Part shown: one piece after another, positions 34,087 through 46,858 of the stretch
Layout: every line of letters begins with the position of its first letter
Position numbering within the stretch: the stretch's first letter is position 1
Source of the DNA: Candidatus Oxydemutatoraceae bacterium
GTDB lineage: Bacteria > Pseudomonadota > Gammaproteobacteria > Poriferisulfidales > Oxydemutatoraceae
NCBI GenBank assembly: GCA_965220085.1
Contig: CBDCOZ010000003.1
Span: 1,472,001-1,536,000 of the forward strand
DNA: 64,000 nt
Direction of reading: 5' to 3'
Program-made: the position numbers and the translations under genes
Notes under the pieces: model-generated
Databases searched by the model: none
The model's input: only the letters and a program-made list of their open reading frames with translations
What the model was told of the DNA's origin: nothing

Positions 34087-34382
34087 GCCTATTCCTCCTG
34101 ATAACATATGTTTCTGTTTGGCAAACGCAACCGTACGATGAGCGCCGTGCCATATCACAAGGTGCGAGTCATCTGCAAGTGTCATATCTCCTGTTTCTAG
34201 CAAGCGTAATTATACGATACATGCACACAAACAACATTTAATGAGGGCATAAACTGTTTGTGATTGTTTAATGTCGCACTATACCATAAAGCGCAAGTCA
34301 TTTGCAAGCGCCTCCGTATCCTGCCTCGCTCCCCTTGTCTGCGCCCCATAATACTCCCCTGCTCTGCCGCAGGATACCCGCA

Positions 34383-34420
34383 TTATTGCAAGGGTCTTGA
34401 AGGAAAAGGCGCAGGCGCAG
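34383..34420 (-). pseudogene. Orphan degenerate LEGPLR-tail remnant
   Basis: CTGCGCCTGCGCCTTTTCCTTCAAGACCCTTGCAATAA reads LRLRLFLQDP, then LQ* after a 1-nt shift; fused to an IS HTH fragment. Confidence 0.6.
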
Positions 34421-34429
34421 GGGCGACGG

Positions 34430-34683
34430 GACAGGGTCGGTTAAGCCGTTCATGCCATCGCGCGGATATTTGTGCCGCCACGCAGAGCGTGATGAGCGGC
34501 TGAGGCGGCAGGCATCCATGCCGGCTTTTATCCCGTGCTGATGCCGACAATCCGCAATGTTTCCGGCATGATTCAATCTCTGCGACCGCCTCCGGCGGCC
34601 GGTTGCGTCGGCATCGCCGATGTGTTGATACTACGGCAACTCGTGCTGATGCCGGGAGTTCGGAATGTTTCCGGCATCACTCA
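34430..34683 (-). mobile_element. Degenerate 5' end (terminal repeat plus HTH fragment) of an IS481-like element
   Basis: HGIKAGMDACRLSRSS..WR.KY..DGMNGL matches HGIEATMDACHVSRSSLYRWRKQYQDYGINGL at 43930-44020; terminal-repeat-like GATGCCGGAAACATT ends at 34683, with a second copy near 34575. Confidence 0.65.
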
Positions 34684-34718
34684 TAATAGTCCTCCGCACT
34701 CTCCTCTTATGCTCGGCG

Positions 34719-37031
34719 CTACGTCGCGGCTTTTGCGGAAACGACATAAGCGGCATCCGCGCCGCGCCACTTGGGCGGCAATTTCCGCCCGCGCCGCCCG
34801 CGCTCGCCCGCGTATTCAAGCACATCTTTGTAGGCAAACTTTTTCTTGCGCTTGCCCGCCGCGAGCACGAGAGTCGCGCCCGGCTCAACGCACAACAAAT
34901 AGCTCAGGCGTTCGGCATCGTCCGGCGCCCGCGGAATATTAATAATCTTGGTGCCTTTGCCTTTGGCGAGCTCCGCCAATGCCCGCGCTTTGACCGCCAG
35001 GACATGCCCGGCCGATGTGATGGCAACGACCAGCGCATCCTTTGACCGCGCGACCGGCGCGGCCGCCAGCGCATCCGCGCCGGCGGGCAAACTCATCACT
35101 TGTTTGCCGCCGCGAGCGCGGGTCGCCAGGTTGCCGAGTTCGGTTACGAAGCCATAACCGGCGGTGTTGGCGAGCGCCCATTTGCTGTCGTCGGCGCCCA
35201 TCATCACGCTCGCAAAATCCGCCTTGCCCGACGGCGTCAGGCGGCTGCTAAGCGGCTCGCCTTGCTTGGCGCCGAATTCCAGATCGGCGGCGGGCAGGCA
35301 ATAGCCGCGCCCGGCGGCATCCAAAAAGAATACATTTTGATCGCTTTGCCCGCGCGCCAGCGAAGCAAAGCCGTCGCCGATGCGATAATTCAGCGCGCCC
35401 TCGTCCGCCTCATGCGTTTTGAATCCGAAGATCCACGACTTGCGGGACAGCACCACGGTCACCGGGTGCGCTTCGATATGCGGTCGGATAAGCCGCGCCT
35501 TGCGCGCTTTGCCGCCGCCGACTACGCGGCAACGCCTTGCGTCGCCGCAGTTCTTGGCATCGGTTTTGAGTTCGCTGCGAATCAGCGTACGCAGCCGGCG
35601 CGGCGATGACAGCAACTTCTCGATCTCGGCGAGTTCGCCTTCCAGCGTCTCGGTCTCGCGCCTGATCTCAATCTCTTCCACTTTTGCCAACTGGCGCAAG
35701 CGCATGGCGAGGATGGCATCGGCCTGCTTCTCGCTCAGCCCCAAGCGTTTCATCAAAACCGGCTTGGGCTTGTCCCGATGGCGAATGATCTCTATCACCG
35801 CATCGATATGCAGATGGGCGATCAAAAAGCCGCGCAAAATTTCAAGCCGCTCTTGGATTTTCCGCAGCCGCCACCGCAAGCGCTTTTCTACCGTGTCGGT
35901 TCTAAAAGCGATCCACTGTTTGAGAATCTGCGCGATGCCCATCACCTTGGGTTTGCCGTCCAAGTCAATGATGTTGAAATTAATCCGGCAGTTTTGCTCC
36001 AGATTAGTGGTCGCAAACAGGTGCGACATCAGGGCATCGGCGTCGGTCGCGCGCTTTGTGCCGAGCGCCAAGCGCACCGGGTTGTCGCCGTCGGACTCGT
36101 CGCGCAGATACCGTATCTCAAGGCTCTTGTTGCGCTTCATCTCCTCGGCGATTTCGGTCAGGACCTTGGCCGCCGATACGCGATACGGCAACGCCGTGAT
36201 GATGATCTGATCCTTCTCCTTCGCATAGGTTGCGCGCAGCGTAATCATGCCGCCGCCGTCTTTGTAAATCCGCCGAATCTCCTCTGGCGGCGTGATAATT
36301 TCGCCGCCGGTCGGATAGTCGGGGGCGCGGATGATCTTCAACAACTCGTCTTCCGACAGGCGCGAGTTCTGCAAAAGCGCATCACAGGCGGCGGCGACTT
36401 CGCGCAGATTATGCGGCGGGATATCGGTCGCCATGCCGACGGCGATGCCGGTGGAGCCGTTGAGCAGGATATTCGGCAGGCGCGCCGGGAACTGCCGCGG
36501 CTCTTGCAACGCGCCGTCAAAGTTTGCCTGCCATTCGACCGTGCCCTGGTCCAATTCGGCGAGCAAGGTATCGCAGTACGGCGTCAGGCGCGATTCGGTA
36601 TAACGCATGGCGGCAAACGATTTGGGCGCGTCATGCGACCCCCAGTTGCCCTGCCCTTCGATTAGCGGATAACGGAAACTGAAACTTTGCGCCATCAGCA
36701 CCATCGCTTCATAGCACGCGCTGTCGCCGTGCGGGTGAAACTTGCCGATGACATCGCCGACCGTGCGCGCCGATTTTTTCGGCTTGCTCGGCGCTTTGAG
36801 ACCGAGCTCCGACATCGCGTAGATGATCCGGCGTTGCACCGGCTTCAGACCGTCGCCAAGAAAAGGCAAGGCGCGGTCGAGAATCACATACATCGAGTAG
36901 TTCAGGTAGGCCTGCTCGGCAAACTGCTGAACCGGCACCTGTGTTATTTGGTCATCGGCAAACGGCAGCTTGGTTTTGCGGGCGGCGGCGCGCCGGGTCT
37001 TGCGTTTGGCTGTGTCGGCTTGCGCGGGCAT
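34719..37031 (-). CDS. parC: DNA topoisomerase IV subunit A
   Basis: [31 protein letters not shown], catalytic AAMRYTE. Confidence 0.96.
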   Translation of the reverse strand: MPAQADTAKRKTRRAAARKTKLPFADDQITQVPVQQFAEQAYLNYSMYVILDRALPFLGDGLKPVQRRIIYAMSELGLKAPSKPKKSARTVGDVIGKFHPHGDSACYEAMVLMAQSFSFRYPLIEGQGNWGSHDAPKSFAAMRYTESRLTPYCDTLLAELDQGTVEWQANFDGALQEPRQFPARLPNILLNGSTGIAVGMATDIPPHNLREVAAACDALLQNSRLSEDELLKIIRAPDYPTGGEIITPPEEIRRIYKDGGGMITLRATYAKEKDQIIITALPYRVSAAKVLTEIAEEMKRNKSLEIRYLRDESDGDNPVRLALGTKRATDADALMSHLFATTNLEQNCRINFNIIDLDGKPKVMGIAQILKQWIAFRTDTVEKRLRWRLRKIQERLEILRGFLIAHLHIDAVIEIIRHRDKPKPVLMKRLGLSEKQADAILAMRLRQLAKVEEIEIRRETETLEGELAEIEKLLSSPRRLRTLIRSELKTDAKNCGDARRCRVVGGGKARKARLIRPHIEAHPVTVVLSRKSWIFGFKTHEADEGALNYRIGDGFASLARGQSDQNVFFLDAAGRGYCLPAADLEFGAKQGEPLSSRLTPSGKADFASVMMGADDSKWALANTAGYGFVTELGNLATRARGGKQVMSLPAGADALAAAPVARSKDALVVAITSAGHVLAVKARALAELAKGKGTKIINIPRAPDDAERLSYLLCVEPGATLVLAAGKRKKKFAYKDVLEYAGERGRRGRKLPPKWRGADAAYVVSAKAAT

Positions 37032-37966
37032 CTACTTGTCTTTTGCGCCGGGAGCGTGGGTCGGCGCGCGGCCAAAGGTAGCGGCTAATTGAGCTTCCCG
37101 CCTCTTCGCAATCGCATCGGCGAGTTGGCGCACTTTTCGTTCCAGCCACATGGCGGTATCGCTGTCGGGGCGATAATCGGCTTTGCCGAAATGCTCCACC
37201 CGGCCTTGTTCGCGCAAATTGAAGTTATTGTCATAGCTGTCTTTCGTCGCGGAATTATAGACGGCATATCCCACCCCGCCATAGCGTTTGATAACGGAGA
37301 AAACCGGCACATCGCTGGGGCCGTCGGCGATGTATATCATCTGGCTGATCGGCACCCGCCGCTTGCCCTCCTCGATCGCGTCGTTGACCTGAAACTTGTC
37401 CGGAAACTTGTTGATGCCCTTGTTGATTTCAAACACCGCCCGCGTCTTGGTCGTATCGTCCAGCACATAGGCGATGCGATCGAGACACCGACCCCCTTGC
37501 GACAAATCTTTGTCCAAAAACTCGCACCCCCAGACGCCATCCAGATGCTTCGCGACAAGGCTGCCTTCGATCACCTTTTGCAGGCCGGTGCTGACGACAT
37601 AGTGCTCCAGTTTCAATTCATAATCCGCATACCCCTCGATGACGACAGACTTCAGATGCGGCAGAAAGTCCATCACCCCGGGGTAGAACTCCAACCGTTG
37701 CCCCAGCTGCCTGAGCTTGTCGTTGCTCAGGTCTTTGAAGCGCCCGTCGCGCACATAGTCCAGAATATGGTTCAAGTAAAGCAACTCGTTGGTCACATTC
37801 TTATAACCTTGGCGGCGGTATTTGGCGGGCAGCGCGTTCACTTCTTGCCAGAAGGTTGCGCCGTCCGCGCCGTATTCGTCAAAGATGACCTGTTGCATAT
37901 TGCCCGGTATCAGGGTTTTGTCAAAATCCCAGATGACGGCGATGATGTTCTGCGGAAACGGTTGCA

Positions 37967-37967
<1 letters not shown>
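37032..37967 (-). CDS. HAD-superfamily hydrolase
   Basis: WDFDKTL motif I, YVVSTG, TKTRAVFEINKG and YIADGPSDVP; TGATG overlap with the parE stop. Confidence 0.85.
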
Positions 37968-39868
<1,901 letters not shown>

Positions 39869-40074
39869 TTACTTCGGGTTCATGCCCGGCGCTTTCTGAC
39901 GAAGCGGAAAGAATTTCCGACCAACGCCGCCGCCCGCGCACCGCCTCCTCGCAACGGCGCTGGCAGCGGGTGTCACATCGCTATACCGACGCCACCGCTC
40001 GCCTCCTCGCAGAAGCCGGCCGGGGAGTGTCTCGTGCGCACACTCAGAAGCCATCGTGATGCGGTGCGAGGGCA

Positions 40075-40293
40075 AGCCTCGCACTTGCGCCCATCGTCGT
40101 CCCCCGTTTCGGTGAGGGGGCAAGTCTCGCGCTCGCGCCCGTCATCGTTCCCCGCTACGGTGCGCTTGCGGGGATAGTGCGAGGCGTGTCGGAGTAACTA
40201 CCGCCCTACCCGCCAGACCATCCCTCTTCGCTTGCCGACTCCCCCACAAGGGGAAAGTGTCATAGTGCGAGAAGGAATGCCGGTCGGCGCCCG
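40075..40293. repeat. ~200-bp GC-rich inter-cassette repeat, copy A
   Basis: Shares TTGCGCCC(G)TCATCGTYCCC, GTGCGCTTG.GGGATAGTGCGAGG, GTAACTACCGCCCTACCCGCCAG and CTTCGCTTGCCG blocks with the other copies; abuts the stop of the 40294 gene. Confidence 0.8.
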
Positions 40294-40829
40294 CTACCGC
40301 AACGGCCCTTCCAAGAAGAGACGCAAGCGCAAGCGCACATCGGGAGACACCAGGTTGATGGTCATGGTGGCATCAGACCCGGAACTCAGCTCACCGCCGG
40401 CCCTGACATAGAAAGTAAAGTCGACGAATTCGGGAGTCGCAGGGTGCAAGACCAGAGGATGATAGGTTATGGTGCCGATGTCATCCGCTAACACAGTCTG
40501 GCTCACAACGGCGGCGGAGCCGCGCACCCGCAACCTGCCAAGACCATTATCAGGGATACTGCTGATGGTTACGCTATCCAGGGGATCGCCATCCGCATCG
40601 GTAAAAGAAAAGTCGGCCTTTTTGAATACATAGGGGTTGTCTGCGGTGGCGTTGGTGAACACATCTATGCTGCTATCGATGACCATCGGCTTAGCCGCCT
40701 GAGCCTCGGCGCAGAGCGCAAACAGGAGCGGCAGAACGAGCGACCAGAGGCTAAGCCGGGTTACCCTTGCCCGACAATGCGGGGGGGGGGGGGGGGGGGG
40801 GTATTTATATTAGTGATTATGTAATTCAT
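40294..40829 (-). CDS. Secreted single cadherin/Ig-like-domain protein with LRLRLFLEGPLR tail; out of frame at a G21 tract as read
   Basis: AGGAGG-ATG 40829 (MNYIITNINT), C21, then HCRARVTRLSLWSLVLPLLFALCAEAQA in a different frame; 22 or 19 C would restore the frame. Confidence 0.8.
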
Positions 40830-40867
40830 AGTTCTCCTCCTAATAGTAAAAGATAGAAAAAACATTA

Positions 40868-40950
40868 TTAAGCATCCTGCTAAGTCTCTTGTTAAGTGCT
40901 CCGCTAAGTATCTTGCTAAGTCTCCTGTCAAGTCTCCTCTTAAGTATCCA
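40868..40950 (-). repeat. ~12-bp degenerate tandem repeat in the leader, with ~5 GGA motifs on the mRNA strand
   Basis: Units like CCTGCTAAGTCT / CTTGTTAAGTGC; same family as 52270-52400. Confidence 0.7.
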
Positions 40951-41015
40951 AAGTCACACCAGATGTAAGAGTTGATTGCTTAAATATCCTCTATACGTAT
41001 TCGTGTGAAGCCTGC

Positions 41016-41043
41016 ATTATACAGAATATCTCTCCGAGCGCAA
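41016..41043 (-). promoter_or_regulatory. Putative sigma70 promoter TTGCGC-N16-TATAAT
   Basis: Lies within a ~46-bp block identical to 52399-52444, upstream of a tail gene in both places. Confidence 0.6.
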
Positions 41044-41272
41044 ACTTCGTACTTGCACCCGTCATCGTCGCAGATTGTACACGGTGTTTGCATTGCCCAA
41101 GCGCAAGCCTCGCACTTGCGCCCGTCATCGTTCCCCGTTGCGGTGCGCTTGTGGGATGCGCGCGCGCGTGCCGGAGTAACTACCGCCCTACCCGCCAGGC
41201 TACCTCCTTCGCTTGCCGGCTCCCGCGAGCAGAGCATGCCGCATAGTGCGAGGGCGTGTCGGGCGGCGCCCG
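41044..41272. repeat. ~200-bp GC-rich inter-cassette repeat, copy B
   Basis: Same conserved blocks; lies between the stop of the 41273 gene and the promoter of the 40294 gene. Confidence 0.8.
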
Positions 41273-42778
41273 CTACCGCAACGGGCCTTCCAAAAAGAGA
41301 CGCAACCGTAGCTTGAGCGCAGAGGGCCGTTCCGGCAATACCAGAAAGATGTTCAGGGAACTGGAATTAGCGCTGATCCTGTTGCTGGCGCCATCGCTGC
41401 CATCATCGGTCACTTTGAAGGTGAAGAAGCTGTATGCCGCCATCGGATTGTCGGGATTTTTGGTGGGCAACTGGTTCGGCGCCGGATAATAGGTCAGAGT
41501 GCCGGCCTCAAGTTGCGCCGCTGTTACGGTAGTCGCTCTGGCGATAGCTACGCCGTTCAGGGACATGGTTCCGGGGCCGTCCAGGCTGCTGATGCTGACT
41601 TCAGCCAGCATGTCTTTATCGGCATCTTCGAACGGAAAGTCGGATGGGCGGAACACATAGGGGTCAGCGGAAGTGGCGGTGGTGGATACCGGAATCCTGT
41701 TGGTCAGTGACATCGGCGCATCATTGACATTGATGACGACGGCGGCGGGGGCGTTGCACAGCGGCCCCTCGGGGTTGCCATCGTTGTCGTCGAAGCTGAC
41801 GCAGACGCGCAGATAGCGGCCGGACTCGGCATCGCCGGGGGTGAAAGTGGTGCTGAAAGTGGAGCTGGTTTGGCCCGCGATGGGGGCATAGTCGTCATCG
41901 GCGGGGGCATTTGCGTTGTCTGCGGGCACATCGGCGGATTGCCATTGCCACATCAATGTGCTGGTGCTGATGCCATCGGGTTCGGTTATGCCGGTGTCGC
42001 TGGCGGTCAGTTCGACATCCTCGGCGGCGGCGGGCGTCACTGTGGGCGCGCCGGTGGCGACGGTGTTCGGGGGCGTGGTGCCCATGGCCTGCACTATGAC
42101 ATTGGCATTGAAGGCGGTAAGGTCGGTTGGCACACCGCCGGTATTGCTACCTGGGTTGATGGTGGCGTGGTGGTAATTACCTGTGGAGCGGTCGGCTTGC
42201 CTGGTCTCGTCAAAGTACACCAGGGCGTAGATGCATTTGCCCTCATCCTCGGCCGCCACTGTGTAGGTCTGGTTGCTGTCGCGGGCGGCAAAGAATGTCA
42301 CGGAGCTGGTGACCGCGGTATCGTAGGCATCGGCATTGCCGGAGGGGACACTCTTGGCGCCGGTGGCGGCGGGGTCGCCGGCGCAGGAGCCGCTGTCGCC
42401 GACCGGCTCTATGACCCAGCGATATCTGGCGTTGCCGTGGGGGAGCCCCGTGTGGTTGATGGCACCGGGGGCGCGGGTGCTATGAATGGACTTGTTGTTG
42501 GAGAAGTGGGGGCTGTACTGTGAGTCGGCGCCGTAGGGGGTCAAGACAGAGTTGGTAGCCACGCGACAGACCTCGCCTACGGCCACATGGGGACTCAGTG
42601 GGTCCGGGTCCATGGATACGGCGCTGGCGTCGGCCTCGCATATCAGTTGCAGATACTGATTTCTGTACTGGTCGGGGGCATCGTTGCGGTGGGCATCGGC
42701 CGCGGATGCGAGAAGCAACAGCGCGGCGAGGGCTGCGTACGCGGCGGCGGCAAGGATGGGGGTGATTTGCCTGGTCAT
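41273..42778 (-). CDS. Secreted protein: unique N-terminal region, WQWQ Ig-like module, cadherin-like module, LRLRLFLEGPLR tail
   Basis: Signal peptide ...LLLASAADA|H; WQWQS..FTP..YLRVCVSF.D; NVNDAP..DFPF.D.D.D..LTYYP. Confidence 0.85.
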   Translation of the reverse strand: MTRQITPILAAAAYAALAALLLLASAADAHRNDAPDQYRNQYLQLICEADASAVSMDPDPLSPHVAVGEVCRVATNSVLTPYGADSQYSPHFSNNKSIHSTRAPGAINHTGLPHGNARYRWVIEPVGDSGSCAGDPAATGAKSVPSGNADAYDTAVTSSVTFFAARDSNQTYTVAAEDEGKCIYALVYFDETRQADRSTGNYHHATINPGSNTGGVPTDLTAFNANVIVQAMGTTPPNTVATGAPTVTPAAAEDVELTASDTGITEPDGISTSTLMWQWQSADVPADNANAPADDDYAPIAGQTSSTFSTTFTPGDAESGRYLRVCVSFDDNDGNPEGPLCNAPAAVVINVNDAPMSLTNRIPVSTTATSADPYVFRPSDFPFEDADKDMLAEVSISSLDGPGTMSLNGVAIARATTVTAAQLEAGTLTYYPAPNQLPTKNPDNPMAAYSFFTFKVTDDGSDGASNRISANSSSLNIFLVLPERPSALKLRLRLFLEGPLR

Positions 42779-42897
42779 GGCATGAACTCCGGTTAGCGGG
42801 TTAGCAGAAAATCCGTCGCCGCAAGCCCGGGAGCCGGAGGCGATTTAGCGGAACCTGGTCGCCACTGCACACTGTTTACACTGTCGGCGCAACGGCG

Positions 42898-44199
42898 TGT
42901 ATGGCGCCAGCACATATTGGAAATTTGGGGCGGATATTGTGTAATTTGTGCCATGGGCGCTTGAAGTTCCAGTCCATAGTGTGGTCGTTGGGTATTAAAC
43001 CATAGCGGGTAGTTTATCATACGCTCATTGAATTCCCGCATATCGGTCAGCAACAAGCCATCTTCAAACTCCGCGAACTCTTCCTGAAGCGCGCGGTTAA
43101 AACGCTCATTGAATGCGTTCATCTTCGGGCATTTCGGATACGTGCAGCAGTGGCGGATACCTTGCTCTTGCAGGCAGCGATCAAACGCGCCGCAGAACTC
43201 GGAGCCGTTGTCGGCGAGCGCTTGCTCTATCTCGGCGGGAAAAACTTGCATCACCAACTTCACAAAGAACTCGGCAGCGACCGTTACTATGAGGGACGCC
43301 GATAGCGAAGTTAAACCGGTCATCAAACCGGCTATGCGAGCATGGTACGCAAACAATTTATCGGTTTCGCCGGCAATCAATCGTGCGATGATGCGCGGCT
43401 TGGGACAACGCAAGCCGCGCTCGCCACACCACGGTTGAATCAGCAGGTATGGCTTGGGTGCGCAAACAATGTTTAATGAGGCACAATAATAAGAGGCACA
43501 AACAACTTTGTTGTTTGTGGCTTCTTGATGAGAGCACAGTAATAAGAGCACAGTGATAAGAGCACAGTGATAAGAGCACAGTGATAAGAGCACAGTGATA
43601 AGAGCACAGTGATAAGAGCACAAACAACTTTGTTGTTTGTGTGTCCTTAGATTTGTTGTTTGTGTGTCCTTAGATTTGTTGTTTGTGTGTCCTTAGATTA
43701 GTTGTTTGTGTGTCCTTAGATTAGTTGTTTGTGTGTCCTTAGATTAGTTGTTTGTGGTTTCTTAAGTTGTTTGTGTTCCACAAACTGTTTGCGGGTTGTT
43801 TATGGGGTGCGCCATGGAAGATAGCTTGGGGGATAGTTTTCGCGGTGTCGCCGAATCTCTGCGATTATCTCCGGAGGCCAGTTGCGCCGGCGTGGCTGGC
43901 GCGGGCAAGCGCTCTGGTTGACTAAGCCGTTAATGCCATAGTCCTGGTATTGTTTCCGCCACCTATAGAGTGATGAGCGGCTGACATGGCAAGCGTCCAT
44001 AGTGGCTTCTATGCCGTGTTCCTCCCATAATGCAAGGGCTTCAAGTTTCTGTTTGGTTTTATAACTCATAGCTGCCTCCTTTGTTGCCAAAGTAGCTATT
44101 TTATAGAAACCTTTGACGCCGTAGCCGATGTGTTGTAATTGCACGTCGGCTACGTCTGCTGTTGAAGCCAAGAATCCAGAATGTTTCTGGCATTATGCA
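42898..44199 (-). mobile_element. Defective IS481-like insertion sequence (HTH 43800-44069 and partial rve core 42900-43450, split by the repeat element)
   Basis: DNGSEF, YPKCPKMNAFNERFNRALQEEF and FNTQRPHYGL motifs; imperfect inverted ends TGTATGGCGCCAGCACATATTGGA / TGCATAATGCCAGAAACATTCTGGA; the first catalytic-Asp region appears deleted. Confidence 0.8.
43459..43794. repeat. AT-rich MITE-like element (copy 2) with a 14-bp GAGCACAGTGATAA array (~6x) and a 23-bp TTGTTTGTGTGTCCTTAGATT(T/A)G array (~5x)
   Basis: Read directly; ends GTGCGCAAACAATGTTTAATGAGGCACAA and AACTGTTTGCGG. Confidence 0.85.
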
Positions 44200-44202
44200 G
44201 CC

Positions 44203-44401
44203 TCGTGCTTGCGCCCGTCATCGTCCCCCGTTGCGGTGCGCTTGCGGGGATAGTGCGAGGGCGTGTTATGGAGCACAAACAATACTCAATTGTTTGTGGC
44301 TTCTTAGGAGTCACTACCGCCCTGCCCGCCAGAATATCCCCCCTTCGCTTACCGACTTCCGCGAGGGGAATCATAGCGCGAGGCTTGTCGGGCTGCGCCC
44401 G
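44203..44401. repeat. ~200-bp GC-rich inter-cassette repeat, copy C, with an inserted CACAAACAA-N7-TTGTTTGTG palindrome
   Basis: Same conserved blocks; the extra AT-rich segment ~44267-44308 is absent from the other copies. Confidence 0.8.
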
Positions 44402-46381
44402 CTATCGCAGCGGGCCTTCCAGGAAGATGCGCAACCGCAGGCGCAACCCCGTCAGATTGATGGACATGTGGCGGTTTCCGCTGGACCGGCTGCCATCGCT
44501 TACAGAGAATATGAAGCTGGCATAGTTGGCGGTGGGGGCGGTGCCCGCCGGGGGATACCAGGTGAGGCCGCCCAGATTGTCGGCGGGCACTCTGATTCCG
44601 CCGACCACTGGGTCGCCGCCGTAGCGGAATGTGCCTGCTTTTGTGGTGGTGGCTATGCCGATTTGGTCCAGGGCCGCGCCCTCATCCTGGTCCATGAATG
44701 GGAAGTCGGAGATCTTGAAGATGTATGGATTATCGGCATCTGCCGAGATGGGCACATCCACCGAGGTATCGGTGCTGGTGGGCGCATCATTGGCATTGGT
44801 CACCTGCTCCCCGGCGGAGCACAGGGTGGGGGCGGCGATGGTGCCGCCCTCGGATGCCGGGGTGGCATGGCTGTCCATAAAGAATACGCAGACCCTTATG
44901 TACATGCCCACCTGGGGTTGGTCGGGGACGAATACGGCATCATCGGCCGCGTCTATGGGCGCATAGTCGGCGGCGGCCGGGGTGCCGCTGGCGGGGGCGG
45001 CGGCCTGGTACCATTGCCAGCGTTCGGTGTCGGTGTTTATGCCGTTGGGTTCGGTTATGCCCATGGTGCTGGCGCGCAGCTCTTCATCCTCGTCGTAGGC
45101 GGTGCCGGTCAGGGAGATCACTGAGGGGCTGCCGGTGGCGGCGGCCTGGGTTGCGCCCAGCAGGTCTATGGTGAGGGTGGATGCGTCCACCGCGGTGTTG
45201 GCGGCTCCGGTGCTGTCATCGCGCACTCTGTAGGTGAAGCTGTCGTAGGCATTGCCGGGGGTGGCACCAGTGGCGGGATAGTATGCCAGGGCATTCAGCT
45301 GGGTCAGGCTCAGCTGGGTGTTTGCGGCTATGGTGACGCTGGAATCGCCCGCCACCACCAGGGTGCCGCCGGTCGGCGGGCTGGCGATGGTGATTCCGTC
45401 CAGGCTGTCGCCGTCATCGTCCATGAATGGGAAGTCGCCGCTTGCAAAATCATGCGGGCTGGCAGCGGTGGCGGTGGTGGACACCGTCACAGTGGAATCG
45501 TCGCCGATGGGGGCATCGGCAACCTCGGCGATGATGGTGCTGGTGGAGCACAGGGGGCCTTCGCTGGTGGGGGTGGAGAACATGTCCATAAAGCTGGCGC
45601 AGACGCGGATATATTGGCCGACATGGGCCTGCAGGGGAGTGAATGTGTTGTCGGTGGCCCCGGCTATGGCGGCAAAGGTGCCGCCGCTGGTGGCGGATTG
45701 CTGCCACTGCCACATCAGGGTGGCGGTGTTTATGACATTGGGTTCGTTGATGCCTGCGGTGCTGGCGGTCAGCTCCACATCCTCGTTGTGTGCCGTGCCG
45801 CTGCCCGCTGCGGCGACAGTGGGCGCGCCGCTGGCGGTGGTTGCCGGCGCCGCCACCAGCCTGATGCTGAGGGTGCCGCCACTGGCAGACTTCTCGCCGC
45901 CAGCGGTCACACTGTATACAAAGTTAGCGTAGGGTTGCGCGGGCGGGGATGGGGATTGGCCCGCTGCCGGATAGTAGGTTATGGTGCCGATGTCGGCCAG
46001 TGCCACATCCATCATGGATGAGGCGGAGATGACGGTGGAGCCCACCCTCAGCGTGCCGATCAGAGTGCCACGTTCCAGATGCACTATTTCCAGCGCATCG
46101 TCATCGGCATCTTCGAATGCAAAATCAGCCGCCTTGAAAGTGTACGGAAATTCTGCGGTGGCACCGGTGAATACCTCTACGGTAGCGCCACTGGGCGCCG
46201 GCTTGGCCTGGGCGACCGGACCCCCTGCGGGTGCTGAGTCGCTATGCGGTTGCACCGGTGCGTGACCGCAGAGCACAAACAGGGCGAGCAGGGCTGGCGG
46301 CCAGAGGCTGCGCCTGCTCAACCGTCGCCCAGAGGTCCCGGGAGGGACATCGCAGATAGCGGGGGATATGCGGATATTCAT
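44402..46381 (-). CDS. Secreted protein with alternating cadherin-like and WQW Ig-like modules (A-B-A-B-A) and LRLRIFLEGPLR tail
   Basis: Signal-like SLWPPALLALFVLCGHA; three DFxF.D.D..L..(Y/W)YP modules; two WQW..IRVC modules; GGAG SD. Confidence 0.85.
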   Translation of the reverse strand: MNIRISPAICDVPPGTSGRRLSRRSLWPPALLALFVLCGHAPVQPHSDSAPAGGPVAQAKPAPSGATVEVFTGATAEFPYTFKAADFAFEDADDDALEIVHLERGTLIGTLRVGSTVISASSMMDVALADIGTITYYPAAGQSPSPPAQPYANFVYSVTAGGEKSASGGTLSIRLVAAPATTASGAPTVAAAGSGTAHNEDVELTASTAGINEPNVINTATLMWQWQQSATSGGTFAAIAGATDNTFTPLQAHVGQYIRVCASFMDMFSTPTSEGPLCSTSTIIAEVADAPIGDDSTVTVSTTATAASPHDFASGDFPFMDDDGDSLDGITIASPPTGGTLVVAGDSSVTIAANTQLSLTQLNALAYYPATGATPGNAYDSFTYRVRDDSTGAANTAVDASTLTIDLLGATQAAATGSPSVISLTGTAYDEDEELRASTMGITEPNGINTDTERWQWYQAAAPASGTPAAADYAPIDAADDAVFVPDQPQVGMYIRVCVFFMDSHATPASEGGTIAAPTLCSAGEQVTNANDAPTSTDTSVDVPISADADNPYIFKISDFPFMDQDEGAALDQIGIATTTKAGTFRYGGDPVVGGIRVPADNLGGLTWYPPAGTAPTANYASFIFSVSDGSRSSGNRHMSINLTGLRLRLRIFLEGPLR

Positions 46382-46750
46382 TGAATTACTCCATGGGTTG
46401 ATGAACAGGTTTGTGCGCCGGGCTTTTCGCTATTCTACCACAGACGCGGAATCATTTTGCAAGTGACCGGGCCCGGGCAGGCAAAAAAGGACCCGGCGCA
46501 GACCACCGGGCTTTCGCTCAAAGAGATCGGACTGCCATCGCAGGCGGGCCCGCAGGCGCAGGTCGCTCTGCGAGGCCTGCAGGCTGAATTTGCGGGTGTT
46601 GCGTTACCAGTGCGGCTGTGCCATTGAGGGCGGCCGCCGAGGCTGTCGCAGTTGCTGCCCAGAGAGGCGGTTATGCCGCTCCGCCGGTCTGGTTGGGCCT
46701 GGCGGCTATGTCCGGGCTCAGGACTGTCACGCTTGTGGGTGTCGCTTATC

Positions 46751-46858
46751 TGGCGGGCGGCGCCTGCTATCGCAACGGCCCTTCCAAGAAGATGCGCAAG
46801 CGCAGGAGCAGATGCTCCGCCAGATTGATCGTGATGGCGGCGGCGGCGGCAGAGGTTT
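46751..46858 (-). repeat. Direct repeat of the 3' end of the 50640 gene (orphan tail ITINLAEHLLLRLRIFLEGPLR*)
   Basis: 46751-46826 is identical to 50624-50699; similarity extends ~30 bp further with mismatches. Confidence 0.92.

Noticed and set aside
34087-34153. ORF-track start at 34153 for the Cys-rich gene
   Set aside because: No evident SD; ATG 34086 has AGGAGG and matches the MN-start pattern of the paralogous leaders, although 34153 cannot be fully excluded.
43450-43627. ORFs with CSYHCALITVLLSL repeats fused to the transposase
   Set aside because: Translation of the 14-bp DNA repeat, not a plausible protein N-terminus.
43530-43760. Possible CRISPR array
   Set aside because: Head-to-tail 14-bp and 23-bp repeats without unique spacers, and no cas genes in the window.
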